From positions 679-64,678 of the forward strand of contig JAPPPQ010000048.1 of assembly GCA_028817435.1 (NCBI GenBank): 64,000 bases of DNA, read 5' to 3'. Origin of the DNA: Deltaproteobacteria bacterium. Its GTDB lineage: Bacteria; Myxococcota_A; UBA9160; UBA6930. Under the pieces are notes generated by a model. The model saw only the letters and a program-made list of their open reading frames with translations. It was not told where the DNA came from and searched no databases. A program made the position numbers and the translations under genes. Positions 1 through 8,677 of the stretch are shown here, in pieces; position 1 is the first letter of the stretch, and each line of letters starts with the position of its first letter.

Positions 1-2112
1 CGGGCCGTGCAGTTGACGCTGATCGAGCAGCGCGGCGTCGAGATGGGCAGCGCGCAGACGGGGACGGTGGTCACCCTGGCGCCGGCCCGGGGCGGCATTT
101 TCGACCGCAACGGCGCAGAGCTGGCCGTGGCCATGCCCGCCCCATCTGTTTACGCCGTGCCCCGGGAGGTGGCGGATCCCGCCGCGGCGGCGCGGGCGCT
201 GGCCCCGGTGCTGGGGCGGGATGCGGCGCGGCTCGAAGCGCGGCTCTCGCAGGATTCTCCCTTCGTCTTTCTGGCGCGCTGGGCGGGGGAAGAGCGCGCC
301 CAGGCCGTCCGCCAGCTCGCCCTGCCCGGCGTGGGGGTGGTGCAGGAGCCGGGGCGCAGCTATCCGCTCGGCTCGCTGGCCGGCCGCCTGCTGGGCTTCG
401 CCAATGTGGATGGCGTGGGCGTGCGCGGCATTGAGCAGGCCGAAGACGCCTGGCTGCGCGGCGCGGCGCAGCGCGTCGCCCTGGAGCGCGATGCGCGCGG
501 GCGGCTGCTGGCCGACGCCGGGGTAGATCCGCGCAGCGCCGCCGGCGGCGATGTGGCGCTCACCCTGGACGCCACCCTGCAGGCCGATGTGGAGCACGCC
601 CTGGAAGAGACGCTGCGCGAGACCGGCGCGCGCGGCGGACTGGCCCTGGTGATGGACCCGCGCAGCGGCGATTTGCTCGCCCTGGCCGAAGCGCCCGCGG
701 TAAATCCGGGCAACTTCCGCCGCACCGCCTACGGCGAGACCCGCTCTCCCGCCTTTCTGGACGCCTTCGAGCCCGGCTCGGTGCTGAAGCCGCTGGTGGT
801 GGCGGCGGCGCTGGAGCGCGGCGTGCTGGGCGAGCGCGAGCTGATTGACTGCGAACAGGGCGCATGGGAAATCCCCGGCAAGCGGCTGCAGGATATGAAG
901 CCCAACGGCCTGCTCGATGCGGCGGGCATTTTGCGCGTATCCAGCAATGTGGGCGTGGCGAAAATTGCCCTGCGCCTTTCGCCCGGCGAGCACAACGCCG
1001 CGCTGCGCGCCTTCGGCCTGGGCCGGGCGACGGGCAGCGGCTTCCCCGACGAATCCGCGGGCCTGTTGCGCGCCGCCGCGCGCTGGCAGCCGCTGGACCA
1101 GGCCACCATCGCCTTCGGACAGGGCGTGAATGTGACGGCCCTGCAACTCGCCGCGGCGGGGGGCGTCTTTGCCAATGGCGGCGTGCTGCGCACGCCCCGG
1201 CTGCTGAGCGCGCGCCGCCGCCCCGACGGCGACGGCAGCTGGCGGGCGGAACCCGCAGGCCCCGCCCGCCGGGTGCTGCGCCCGGAAGTAGCCGGGGCCG
1301 TGCTGCAAATGCTCGAAAGCGTGGTGAGCGAAGACGGCACCGGGCTGCGCGCCTCGCTGGAAGGCGTGCGCGTGGCGGGCAAGACGGGCACCGCGCAAAA
1401 GTTTGACCGGCGGCTCGGCCGCTATGCAGATACGCGGCTGCTCGGCTGGTTTCTGGGCATCGCCCCCGTCGAAGCGCCGCGCATGGTGGGCGTGGTGATG
1501 CTCGACGAGCCCCGCGGCCGCAAGCGCGGCGGCAGCGCCACCGCCGCACCCCTGTTCGCCCAGGTAGCAGAGGCCGCCCTGGCCCGGGAGGGCCTCGTCG
1601 CCGCGCCGCGCTTCGGCCTGCCGCAACTGGCGCGCGCCGGCAGCGCCCCGCCCGCCCACCTTGCCCGCCGCAACTCCGGCGGCAACGCAACCGGCGCAGA
1701 CAGCGCAAACGGCGCGCGCAAAGCGGCGGGCGCAAACGGCGCAACGAAAGCGCGCAGCGCAAAAACGCGCAGCACCCGCGCCAGGGCGGCGCGGACGGCG
1801 CAAAACGCGCAACCCGCAGCGCAGCGCCAGGCAGCGCGCGGCGCAGATGCAACCGATGCAGCTGGCGCAAACAGCGCCCGCGCAAAAGCGCCGGTGCCGG
1901 TGGTGGCGCGGCTGGGGGACCGGGTGCTGTTGCCCGATCTGCGGGGACTTACCCGAGAGCAGGTGCAGCGGCTGGCGCGGGGAGAAGCCCTCGCCGTGGA
2001 TTTGCAGGGGCGGGGACGCGTAGTGGCGCAACACCCCGCGCCGGGAACCATCTTCCGGCCGGGACAGGCGCGGCTCACCGTGCAGCTCGCGCCGGGGCGG
2101 CGGGGCGGCTGA
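1..2112 (+). CDS. ftsI: Peptidoglycan D,D-transpeptidase FtsI (PBP3). The 5' end lies outside the window. The C-terminus carries a low-complexity linker plus a PASTA-like domain.
   Basis: The frame is open from nt 1 (listed ORF 7..2112). Penicillin-binding motifs GSVLKP (SxxK), RVSSNVG (SxN) and GKTGTAQK (KTG) are present. It is the first gene of a canonical dcw order. The stop TGA overlaps the murE ATG by 1 nt. Confidence 0.88.
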   Translation, partial: RAVQLTLIEQRGVEMGSAQTGTVVTLAPARGGIFDRNGAELAVAMPAPSVYAVPREVADPAAAARALAPVLGRDAARLEARLSQDSPFVFLARWAGEERAQAVRQLALPGVGVVQEPGRSYPLGSLAGRLLGFANVDGVGVRGIEQAEDAWLRGAAQRVALERDARGRLLADAGVDPRSAAGGDVALTLDATLQADVEHALEETLRETGARGGLALVMDPRSGDLLALAEAPAVNPGNFRRTAYGETRSPAFLDAFEPGSVLKPLVVAAALERGVLGERELIDCEQGAWEIPGKRLQDMKPNGLLDAAGILRVSSNVGVAKIALRLSPGEHNAALRAFGLGRATGSGFPDESAGLLRAAARWQPLDQATIAFGQGVNVTALQLAAAGGVFANGGVLRTPRLLSARRRPDGDGSWRAEPAGPARRVLRPEVAGAVLQMLESVVSEDGTGLRASLEGVRVAGKTGTAQKFDRRLGRYADTRLLGWFLGIAPVEAPRMVGVVMLDEPRGRKRGGSATAAPLFAQVAEAALAREGLVAAPRFGLPQLARAGSAPPAHLARRNSGGNATGADSANGARKAAGANGATKARSAKTRSTRARAARTAQNAQPAAQRQAARGADATDAAGANSARAKAPVPVVARLGDRVLLPDLRGLTREQVQRLARGEALAVDLQGRGRVVAQHPAPGTIFRPGQARLTVQLAPGRRGG

Positions 2113-3638
2113 TGCAGCTCTCGCAGCTCACCGAGGGGCTCGGCGCGCGCCCCACCCTGCCGGGGGCCGATCCGCTGATCCGCGGCATCACCTACGACTC
2201 GCGCTGCGTCGCGCCCGGCGATTTGTTCGTGGCGCTGCGCGGTGCGCAGGCCGACGGCCACGACTACCTGCGGCAGGCGGCCTCTCTGGGCGCGGTGGCG
2301 CTGCTGGTGGAGCGGGCCCCGGCAGATCCCTCCCTGCCCCCCGCCGCGGTGGTGGCCGATACCCGGCGCGCGCTGGCGCCGCTGGCGGTGCGCTTCTTCG
2401 GCGCGCCCGGCGAAGAGCTCACCCTGGTGGGGGTGACCGGCACCAACGGCAAGACCAGCACCACCTTTCTGATCGAGTCCATGTTGCGCGCCGCCGGCAT
2501 TCCCGCCGGGCTGATCGGCACCGTCGAGGTGCGCGGCCCTGGGCTGCGCCGCCGCGCGCGCAACACCACGCCGGAGAGTCTCGACCTGCAGCGCAGCCTG
2601 CGCGCCCTGCACACCAAGGGCGCGCGCACCGTGGCGATGGAAGTCTCCTCTCACGGACTGGCGCTGGGCCGGGTGGCCGGCTGCCGCTTTGCGGTGGGCG
2701 CCATTACCAACCTGAGCCAGGACCACCTGGATTTCCACGACGGCATGGAGGATTACGCCGAGGCCAAGGCGCTGCTGTTCCGCGAGCACCTGGCGCCGTC
2801 GGGGGCGGCGGTGATCAATGTGGACGACCCGCAGGCCCGGCGCTTTCTCGACGCCGCGGCCCAGGGCGGCGCGCAGCTGCTGCGCGTCAGCCGCGACCCC
2901 GCCGCGCAAGCAGAAGTGCGCGTCCTGGAGGCGCAGAGCTGCATTGCGGGAACGCGGGCCCGGCTGGCCGCGCCCTGCGGCGAACTCTCGCTGGCGCTGC
3001 CGCTGCCCGGCGATTTCAACCTGGAAAACCTGGCGGTGGCGGTGGGCGTGGCTGCGGCGCTGGGCCTGCCCCGCGAAGCCATCGAACAGGGCGCGTCGCA
3101 GTGCCCGCAGGTGCCGGGCCGGGTGGAGCGCATTGGCGCAGAGCTGCCCGAGGCCCCCACCGTGCTGGTGGATTACGCCCACACCCCCGACGCCCTGGTG
3201 AATCTGCTGCGCGCGCTGCGCCCGCTGTGCAAGGGGCGGCTCTTCACCGTGTTCGGCTGCGGCGGCGACCGCGACCGCGGCAAGCGCCCGCTGATGGCCG
3301 AGGCCGTCGCGCGCTTCAGCGATCTCGCCATCGCCACCAGCGACAATCCGCGCACGGAGAATCCGCAGCGCATCCTCGACGACATCGCGGCCGGACTCGG
3401 CGCGCTGCGGCGCATGGCGCCGGAGCAAATTGAAGCCGGCCAATTTCGCGGGCAGTCCGCCTGGTGCGCTTTGGTGGACCGCCGCGCCGCCATTGCCCTC
3501 GCCATTCGCAGCGCCGAAGCCGCAGACACCGTGGTAATTGCCGGCAAGGGCCACGAGGATTACCAGGTAGTCGGCGGCGAAATGCGGCCCTTTGACGACC
3601 GCCGCGAAGCGCTGCGCGCGCTGCAGGAGCGGGGATGA
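2112..3638 (+). CDS. murE: UDP-N-acetylmuramoyl-L-alanyl-D-glutamate--2,6-diaminopimelate ligase
   Basis: Mur ligase P-loop VTGTNGKTST, MurE-type DNPRTENP motif, and position after ftsI. Confidence 0.9.
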   Translation: MQLSQLTEGLGARPTLPGADPLIRGITYDSRCVAPGDLFVALRGAQADGHDYLRQAASLGAVALLVERAPADPSLPPAAVVADTRRALAPLAVRFFGAPGEELTLVGVTGTNGKTSTTFLIESMLRAAGIPAGLIGTVEVRGPGLRRRARNTTPESLDLQRSLRALHTKGARTVAMEVSSHGLALGRVAGCRFAVGAITNLSQDHLDFHDGMEDYAEAKALLFREHLAPSGAAVINVDDPQARRFLDAAAQGGAQLLRVSRDPAAQAEVRVLEAQSCIAGTRARLAAPCGELSLALPLPGDFNLENLAVAVGVAAALGLPREAIEQGASQCPQVPGRVERIGAELPEAPTVLVDYAHTPDALVNLLRALRPLCKGRLFTVFGCGGDRDRGKRPLMAEAVARFSDLAIATSDNPRTENPQRILDDIAAGLGALRRMAPEQIEAGQFRGQSAWCALVDRRAAIALAIRSAEAADTVVIAGKGHEDYQVVGGEMRPFDDRREALRALQERG

Positions 3639-5068
3639 GCGCGGCTTTTCGCGCGGAGACGGCGGCGCACTGGTGCGGCGGCGCGCTGTTGCGCGGCGAT
3701 GCCGCTGCGCAGTTCGAGGGCGTCGAGACCGACACCCGGCGGCCCCTGGCGGGCAAGCTCTTCGTGGCGATTCGCGGCCCCCGCCACGACGCCCACGCTT
3801 TCCTGGACGCCGCGCTGGCGGGAGGCGCAGCGGGATTGCTGGTGCAGCGCGGCGCCACCGTGCCGGCGCAGGCCCGGGTTCCCGTCATCGCCGCCGCCGA
3901 CACCACCGCCGCACTGGGCGCGCTGGCAAAGGGGCACCGCGCCGAATTCAATGGCCCGGTGGTGGCCATTACCGGCAGCAACGGCAAGACCTCCACCAAG
4001 GAGATGTGCGCCGCCATTCTCTCCCGCTGCGGCCCGGCGCTGAAGACTCCCGGCAATTTGAACAACGCCTACGGCCTGCCGCTGAGCCTGCTGGCCCGGG
4101 AGACCCGGCACCGCGCGCTGGTGGTGGAGATCGGCATGAACCAGCGCGGCGAAATCGCGCAGCTCGCCGAAATCGCCGCGCCCACTGTGGGAGTCATTAC
4201 CAATGTGGGCAGCGCCCACATCGGCCAGCTCGGCAGTCTGGAAGAGATCGCCCTGGAAAAGGGCGACCTGGTAGCCGGGCTGCCCGAAACGGCCAGCGCC
4301 GTGCTGAACGCCGGCAATGCCCGCGCCGCCGCGCAGGCCGAACGCTGCCGGGCGCGGGTGCTGCGCTTCGGCCTGGATTCCGCCGCGCCGCCGCTCAGCG
4401 TCTGCGCCCGCAAGGTGAACGCCTGCGCCGGGCGCTTCTCCTTCGAGATGCAGATTGGGGCGGAGCTTCGCGCCGCGCGGGAAGCGGCGCATACGGGCGG
4501 CTGGCTGCCGGTTTCGGTGACGGGCCTGGCGGCCGAGGCGGTGGAAAACGCGCTGGCGGCCGCCACCGCGGCGCTGGCGGCCGGCGCTGCGCCCGAACAG
4601 GTGCAGCAGGGGCTGGCAGATTACGCCCCGCCCGCCGGGCGCATGTCGCCGCTGGCGCTGCCGGGCGGCGCTCACTGCATTGACGACAGCTACAACGCCA
4701 ACCCGCAATCCACCGCCGCGGCGCTGCGCGCGCTGGCCCGGGTGAAAGAGGACGGCCGCGGCATCTTCGTGCTGGGCGATATGGGCGAGCTGGGCGATTG
4801 CACCGCCGCCGCCCATCGCAGCGCGGGCGAGCTGGCCGCCGCGCTGAAACTCGACGGCTTCTTCGCGCTGGGGCGCTTTGCCGAAATGGCCGCAGCCGCG
4901 GCCCGCGCCGCCGGCATGGCGGCGGCGCGGGCCTGCGAAAGCCACGCCGAAGCGGCGATGCGCGCGTCCCGGGAGCTTTCGGCCGGAGACTGGGTGCTGG
5001 TGAAGGGCTCCCGCGCCATGAACATGGAGCGCGTGGTCGAGGCGCTGCGCCAGGGGGAGGCGGGCTGA
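3635..5068 (+). CDS. murF: UDP-N-acetylmuramoyl-tripeptide--D-alanyl-D-alanine ligase
   Basis: ITGSNGKTSTKEM P-loop, IDDSYNANP motif, and a 4-nt overlap with the murE stop. Confidence 0.9.
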   Translation: MSAAFRAETAAHWCGGALLRGDAAAQFEGVETDTRRPLAGKLFVAIRGPRHDAHAFLDAALAGGAAGLLVQRGATVPAQARVPVIAAADTTAALGALAKGHRAEFNGPVVAITGSNGKTSTKEMCAAILSRCGPALKTPGNLNNAYGLPLSLLARETRHRALVVEIGMNQRGEIAQLAEIAAPTVGVITNVGSAHIGQLGSLEEIALEKGDLVAGLPETASAVLNAGNARAAAQAERCRARVLRFGLDSAAPPLSVCARKVNACAGRFSFEMQIGAELRAAREAAHTGGWLPVSVTGLAAEAVENALAAATAALAAGAAPEQVQQGLADYAPPAGRMSPLALPGGAHCIDDSYNANPQSTAAALRALARVKEDGRGIFVLGDMGELGDCTAAAHRSAGELAAALKLDGFFALGRFAEMAAAAARAAGMAAARACESHAEAAMRASRELSAGDWVLVKGSRAMNMERVVEALRQGEAG

Positions 5069-6138
5069 TGCTCTACCACCTGCTGGTGCCCTTCGCCGAG
5101 ACCTTCGGCGCATTCAATGTGTTCCGCTACATCACCTTCCGCACCGCGGCGGCGGCGCTTACCGCGCTGTTTTTGAGCTTCCTGCTGGGGCCCTGGCTGA
5201 TCCGCAGGCTGGCGGCGCTGGGCGGGCAACCGCTGCGCGAAATCGGCCCGGACCACGACCACAAGCGCGGCACCCCCACCATGGGCGGGCTGTTGATTCT
5301 GCTCTCGCTGCTGGTCTCGGTGCTGCTCTGGGCCGATTTGGGCAGCCGCGCGCTGTGGACGGTGCTGGGGGTGACACTGGGCTACGGCCTGCTCGGCTTC
5401 GCCGACGATTACCGCAAGGTGCGCGAGGGCAGCAGCGCGGGAATCAGCGCCCGCGGCAAGCTGTTCTGGCAGTGCCTGCTGGCCCTGGCGGCGGCGCTGC
5501 TCATTTACACCGATCCCGGCTTCGACGGCGAACTGCAGGTGCCCTTCTTCAAGGAATTCACGCCGCAGCTCGGCCTGCTGTATGTGCCGCTGGCGGTGCT
5601 GGTCATCGTCGCGGCGAGCAACGCCGTGAATCTCACCGACGGACTCGACGGACTCGCCATCGGCCCGGTGATGATTGCGGCGGGGACCTTTCTGTTGCTC
5701 GGCTACGCCGCCGGCCATGTGGTGATTGCCGATTACCTGGCGGTGAAGAGCGTCCCCGGCAGCGGGCAACTCGCCATCTTCTGCGGCGCGCTGATCGGCG
5801 GCGGACTCGGCTTTTTGTGGTTCAACAGCTATCCCGCGCAACTCTTCATGGGCGATGTGGGCGCGCTGGCCCTGGGCGGCGCGCTGGGCACCATGGCGGT
5901 GGTCATCCGCCAGGAAATTCTGCTGGCCGTAATTGGCGGCGTCTTCGTCATTGAGACGCTCTCGGTCATGCTGCAGGTGGCCTCTTTCCGCCTTACCGGC
6001 AAGCGCCTGTTTTTGATGGCGCCTTTGCACCACCACTTCGAAAAGCTCGGCTGGGCGGAGCAGAAAATTGTGGTGCGCTTCTGGATTGTCTCCATCGTGC
6101 TCGCCCTGGCGGCGCTCTCGTCGCTGAAGTTGCGCTGA
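5068..6138 (+). CDS. mraY: Phospho-N-acetylmuramoyl-pentapeptide transferase
   Basis: The ATG at 5068 overlaps the murF TGA. The product is a polytopic membrane protein with the MraY signature SNAVNLTDGLDGLAIG. The upstream part of listed ORF 4798..6138 lies inside murF. Confidence 0.9.
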   Translation: MLYHLLVPFAETFGAFNVFRYITFRTAAAALTALFLSFLLGPWLIRRLAALGGQPLREIGPDHDHKRGTPTMGGLLILLSLLVSVLLWADLGSRALWTVLGVTLGYGLLGFADDYRKVREGSSAGISARGKLFWQCLLALAAALLIYTDPGFDGELQVPFFKEFTPQLGLLYVPLAVLVIVAASNAVNLTDGLDGLAIGPVMIAAGTFLLLGYAAGHVVIADYLAVKSVPGSGQLAIFCGALIGGGLGFLWFNSYPAQLFMGDVGALALGGALGTMAVVIRQEILLAVIGGVFVIETLSVMLQVASFRLTGKRLFLMAPLHHHFEKLGWAEQKIVVRFWIVSIVLALAALSSLKLR

Positions 6139-7451
6139 TGCTGGAACTGGCCGGAAGGAAGGTGCTGGTAATCGGCCTCGGCGTCTCGGGAAAGAGCGCC
6201 GCCGCCTTCTGCGCCGCGCGCGGCGCGCAGGTGCTGGCCTGCGACGAGCGCGCGGATGTCTGCGCCGAAGGGCTGCCGCCCGAAGTCGAGCTGCGGCGCG
6301 GCGCGCTGCCCGATCCCGCCGCCTTCGATCTGGTGGTGCCCAGCCCCGGCGTCCCCCCCGCGCGCTACGCCGCCCGCGCCCGCCGCGTCTGGGGAGATGT
6401 GGAGCTGGCCTTCCGCGCCCTGCCCGTCCCCGTGGCGGCGGTGACCGGCACCAACGGCAAGAGCACCACGGTGCGCCTGGCCGAGTCCATGCTGCGCGCC
6501 GCCGGGCTGCGCGCCCGGGCCGCCGGCAATCTGGGCGAGCCGGCGCTCTCGCTGGTGGGCGAGCCGCTGGATGTGGCGCTGCTGGAAGTCTCCTCTTTCC
6601 AGCTCGAGACCGTCGAGGCATTTCGCCCCCGGGTGGGCGCGCTGCTGAATTGCCGGGCCGACCACCTGGATCGCCACGGCAGCTTCGCCGCCTATCGCGC
6701 GGCCAAGTTGCGGCTCTTCGCCCGCCAGCAGCCGGAGGATTTCGCCATCGTCGGCGGCGACGACCCGCAATTGCTGGCCGAAGTGCGGCGCGCGGGCCGG
6801 GGCCGCCTGCTGCAGTTTCGCACCGGCGGCCCGGTGCGGCGCGGCGCAAGCCTGGACGGCGGCGCGCTGCTGCTGCAGCTGGCGGATGCGCCGCTGCGGC
6901 TCGCGCCGGGAGATTTGCCGCTGCCGCCGGGGCCGCTGCTCGGCAATGTGCTGGCGGCGCTGCTCATCGCCGCGGCGCTGGGGGCCGAGCCCGGCAAGGC
7001 GCTCTCTGCTCTGGCCGATGCGCGCCCCCTGCCCCACCGCCTGGAAGAGGTGGCGCTGCGGGACGGCGTCCGCTGGGTGGACGACTCCAAAGCCACGAAT
7101 CCGGCGGCGGCGGCGGCGGCGCTGGCCGCGCAGCACGGGCCGGTCATCTGGATTGCCGGCGGCCGCGACAAAGGCGTGGGCTTCGGCGAATTGCGGGCGG
7201 CGCCACTGAGCGGCGTCCGCGCGCTGCTGGCCATTGGCGAGGCCGGGGCCGAGCTGGCGCGCACGCTGGGCGACCGCATCGCCACCGAGACTCCGGGCTG
7301 CCTGGAAGCCGCCGTCTCCCGCGCCCGGGCGCTGGCCCGGCCCGGCGATGTGGTGCTGCTTTCGCCGGCCTGCGCCAGCTTCGACCAGTTCGCCAGCTTC
7401 GAAGAGCGCGGCGCGCGCTTCCGCAGACTCGCGCAAGAGGCGCGGTCATGA
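6138..7451 (+). CDS. murD: UDP-N-acetylmuramoylalanine--D-glutamate ligase
   Basis: VTGTNGKSTTV P-loop, VDDSKATNP motif, and an N-terminal Rossmann-like VIGLGVSGKS. Confidence 0.9.
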   Translation: MLELAGRKVLVIGLGVSGKSAAAFCAARGAQVLACDERADVCAEGLPPEVELRRGALPDPAAFDLVVPSPGVPPARYAARARRVWGDVELAFRALPVPVAAVTGTNGKSTTVRLAESMLRAAGLRARAAGNLGEPALSLVGEPLDVALLEVSSFQLETVEAFRPRVGALLNCRADHLDRHGSFAAYRAAKLRLFARQQPEDFAIVGGDDPQLLAEVRRAGRGRLLQFRTGGPVRRGASLDGGALLLQLADAPLRLAPGDLPLPPGPLLGNVLAALLIAAALGAEPGKALSALADARPLPHRLEEVALRDGVRWVDDSKATNPAAAAAALAAQHGPVIWIAGGRDKGVGFGELRAAPLSGVRALLAIGEAGAELARTLGDRIATETPGCLEAAVSRARALARPGDVVLLSPACASFDQFASFEERGARFRRLAQEARS

Positions 7452-8677
7452 GAATCGCGCAGCGATTCGGTATGGGAAACGCCGCGCAGCGATTCGGTGT
7501 CGGAAAGGCCGCGCAGCGGGCCGCGCAGCGCGCCGGGGCGCTGGCCGCCGGCAGGCCGGATGCGCAGGGGCGGGCGGAATGGCCGCTGGCGCTGGTTTCG
7601 GCGGTGGTGGCGCTGGCGGCCTGCGGCGCCATTGCGGTGTTCAGCGCCACGGCACCCTTCGACCTCTCGCGCGCCGTGCCGCCCCACTTCACCCGGCAAT
7701 TGCTGGCGCTGCCGCTGGGCGCTGCGGTGGCCTGGGCGGTCTCGCGCCTGCCGCTGCCGCTGTGGCGGCGGGCGGCCCTGCCGCTCTGGGGAGTGGGCGT
7801 GGCCGCCCTGGCCTTCACACTGCTCTTCGGGGTCAGTGCGGGGGGGGCGCGGCGTTGGCTCTCTCTGGGCGGACTGGGTTTTCAGCCCGCCGAAGCCGCC
7901 CGGCTCACCACCCTGCTGGCCATTGCCTGGCTGCTCTCCCGGCCGCAAACGGGGCGCAGCGGCCTGAGCGGGCGGCAGGTGCTGCAGGCACTGGGGCTGG
8001 CGGTGCTGCCCGCGGCGCTCTGCGTGCTGCAGCCCGATTTCGGCGGCGCTGTGATTTTGTGCCTGTTGGCCGGGGTGCTGGTCTTCGTAGCCGGGGCGAG
8101 TCTGCGCCATTTGGCCGCGCCGCTGGCCGTCGGCATTGCGGGATTGGTGGCATACAGCGCCATGCAGCCCTACGCAGCCCGGCGCTGGGTGGGTTTTCTG
8201 GATCCCTGGGCACGGGCTACCACCGAGGGGTTCCAGCTCGTGCAATCCTTCGTAGCTTTCGGGCGCGGCGGCTGGGCGGGCGTGGGGCTGGGCAACGGCC
8301 GGCAAAAGCTCTTCTACCTGCCCGAGGCCCACAACGATTTCATCCTCTCGGTAATTGCCGAAGAGACCGGGCTGCTGGGGGTGCTGGTGGTGCTGGGCGC
8401 TTTCGCCCTGCTTTCGGCGGCGGGACTGGGCATTGCGCAGGGCGCGCGGGACCGCTTCGCCCGGCTGGCCGCCACGGGCGCGACGGGGCTGCTCGCCATT
8501 CCCGGCGCGCTGAACGCCGCCGTGGCCATGGGCTGCCTGCCCACCAAGGGGCTGCCCCTGCCCTTCGTCTCTTACGGGCGCAGCTCGCTGCTGATCTGCT
8601 GCGCGGCGGTGGGCCTGTTGCTGGCCGTGGCGCGGGATTCCCGGGCGGGCGGGCGGCGCTGGCGGGGGGCGTTGTGA
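7448..8677 (+). CDS. ftsW: SEDS-family peptidoglycan glycosyltransferase / lipid II flippase FtsW
   Basis: The ATG at 7448 overlaps the murD stop (ATGA). The product has multiple TM segments and the SEDS motif LPEAHNDFILSVIAEETGLLG. The listed ORF 6650..8677 starts inside murD. Confidence 0.85.
   Translation: MRIAQRFGMGNAAQRFGVGKAAQRAAQRAGALAAGRPDAQGRAEWPLALVSAVVALAACGAIAVFSATAPFDLSRAVPPHFTRQLLALPLGAAVAWAVSRLPLPLWRRAALPLWGVGVAALAFTLLFGVSAGGARRWLSLGGLGFQPAEAARLTTLLAIAWLLSRPQTGRSGLSGRQVLQALGLAVLPAALCVLQPDFGGAVILCLLAGVLVFVAGASLRHLAAPLAVGIAGLVAYSAMQPYAARRWVGFLDPWARATTEGFQLVQSFVAFGRGGWAGVGLGNGRQKLFYLPEAHNDFILSVIAEETGLLGVLVVLGAFALLSAAGLGIAQGARDRFARLAATGATGLLAIPGALNAAVAMGCLPTKGLPLPFVSYGRSSLLICCAAVGLLLAVARDSRAGGRRWRGAL

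Noticed and set aside
1422-3554. 710-aa minus-strand ORF antisense to ftsI/murE. Similar long antisense or alternative-frame ORFs include 560..1885, 3560..5113, 4690..6849, 5829..7436, 6692..8332, 8572..11040, 12220..14304 and 14187..16688.
   Set aside because: Their translations are Arg/Ala/Gly/Pro-rich low-complexity sequences with no motifs, and they lie opposite well-supported dcw genes. This is the typical stop-codon-poor shadow ORF of high-GC DNA.
7455-7510. Short direct repeat GCGCAGCGATTCGGT x2 at the 5' end of ftsW (encoding AQRFG-AQRFG).
   Set aside because: It is a small in-frame duplication in a variable cytoplasmic N-terminus, with no evidence of function.
7234-8673. The 5' part of the listed 1328-aa ORF upstream of murG.
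   Set aside because: It overlaps ftsW in another frame with an Arg/Ala/Gly-rich translation. The MurG motifs begin right after the GTG at 8674, which overlaps the ftsW stop.
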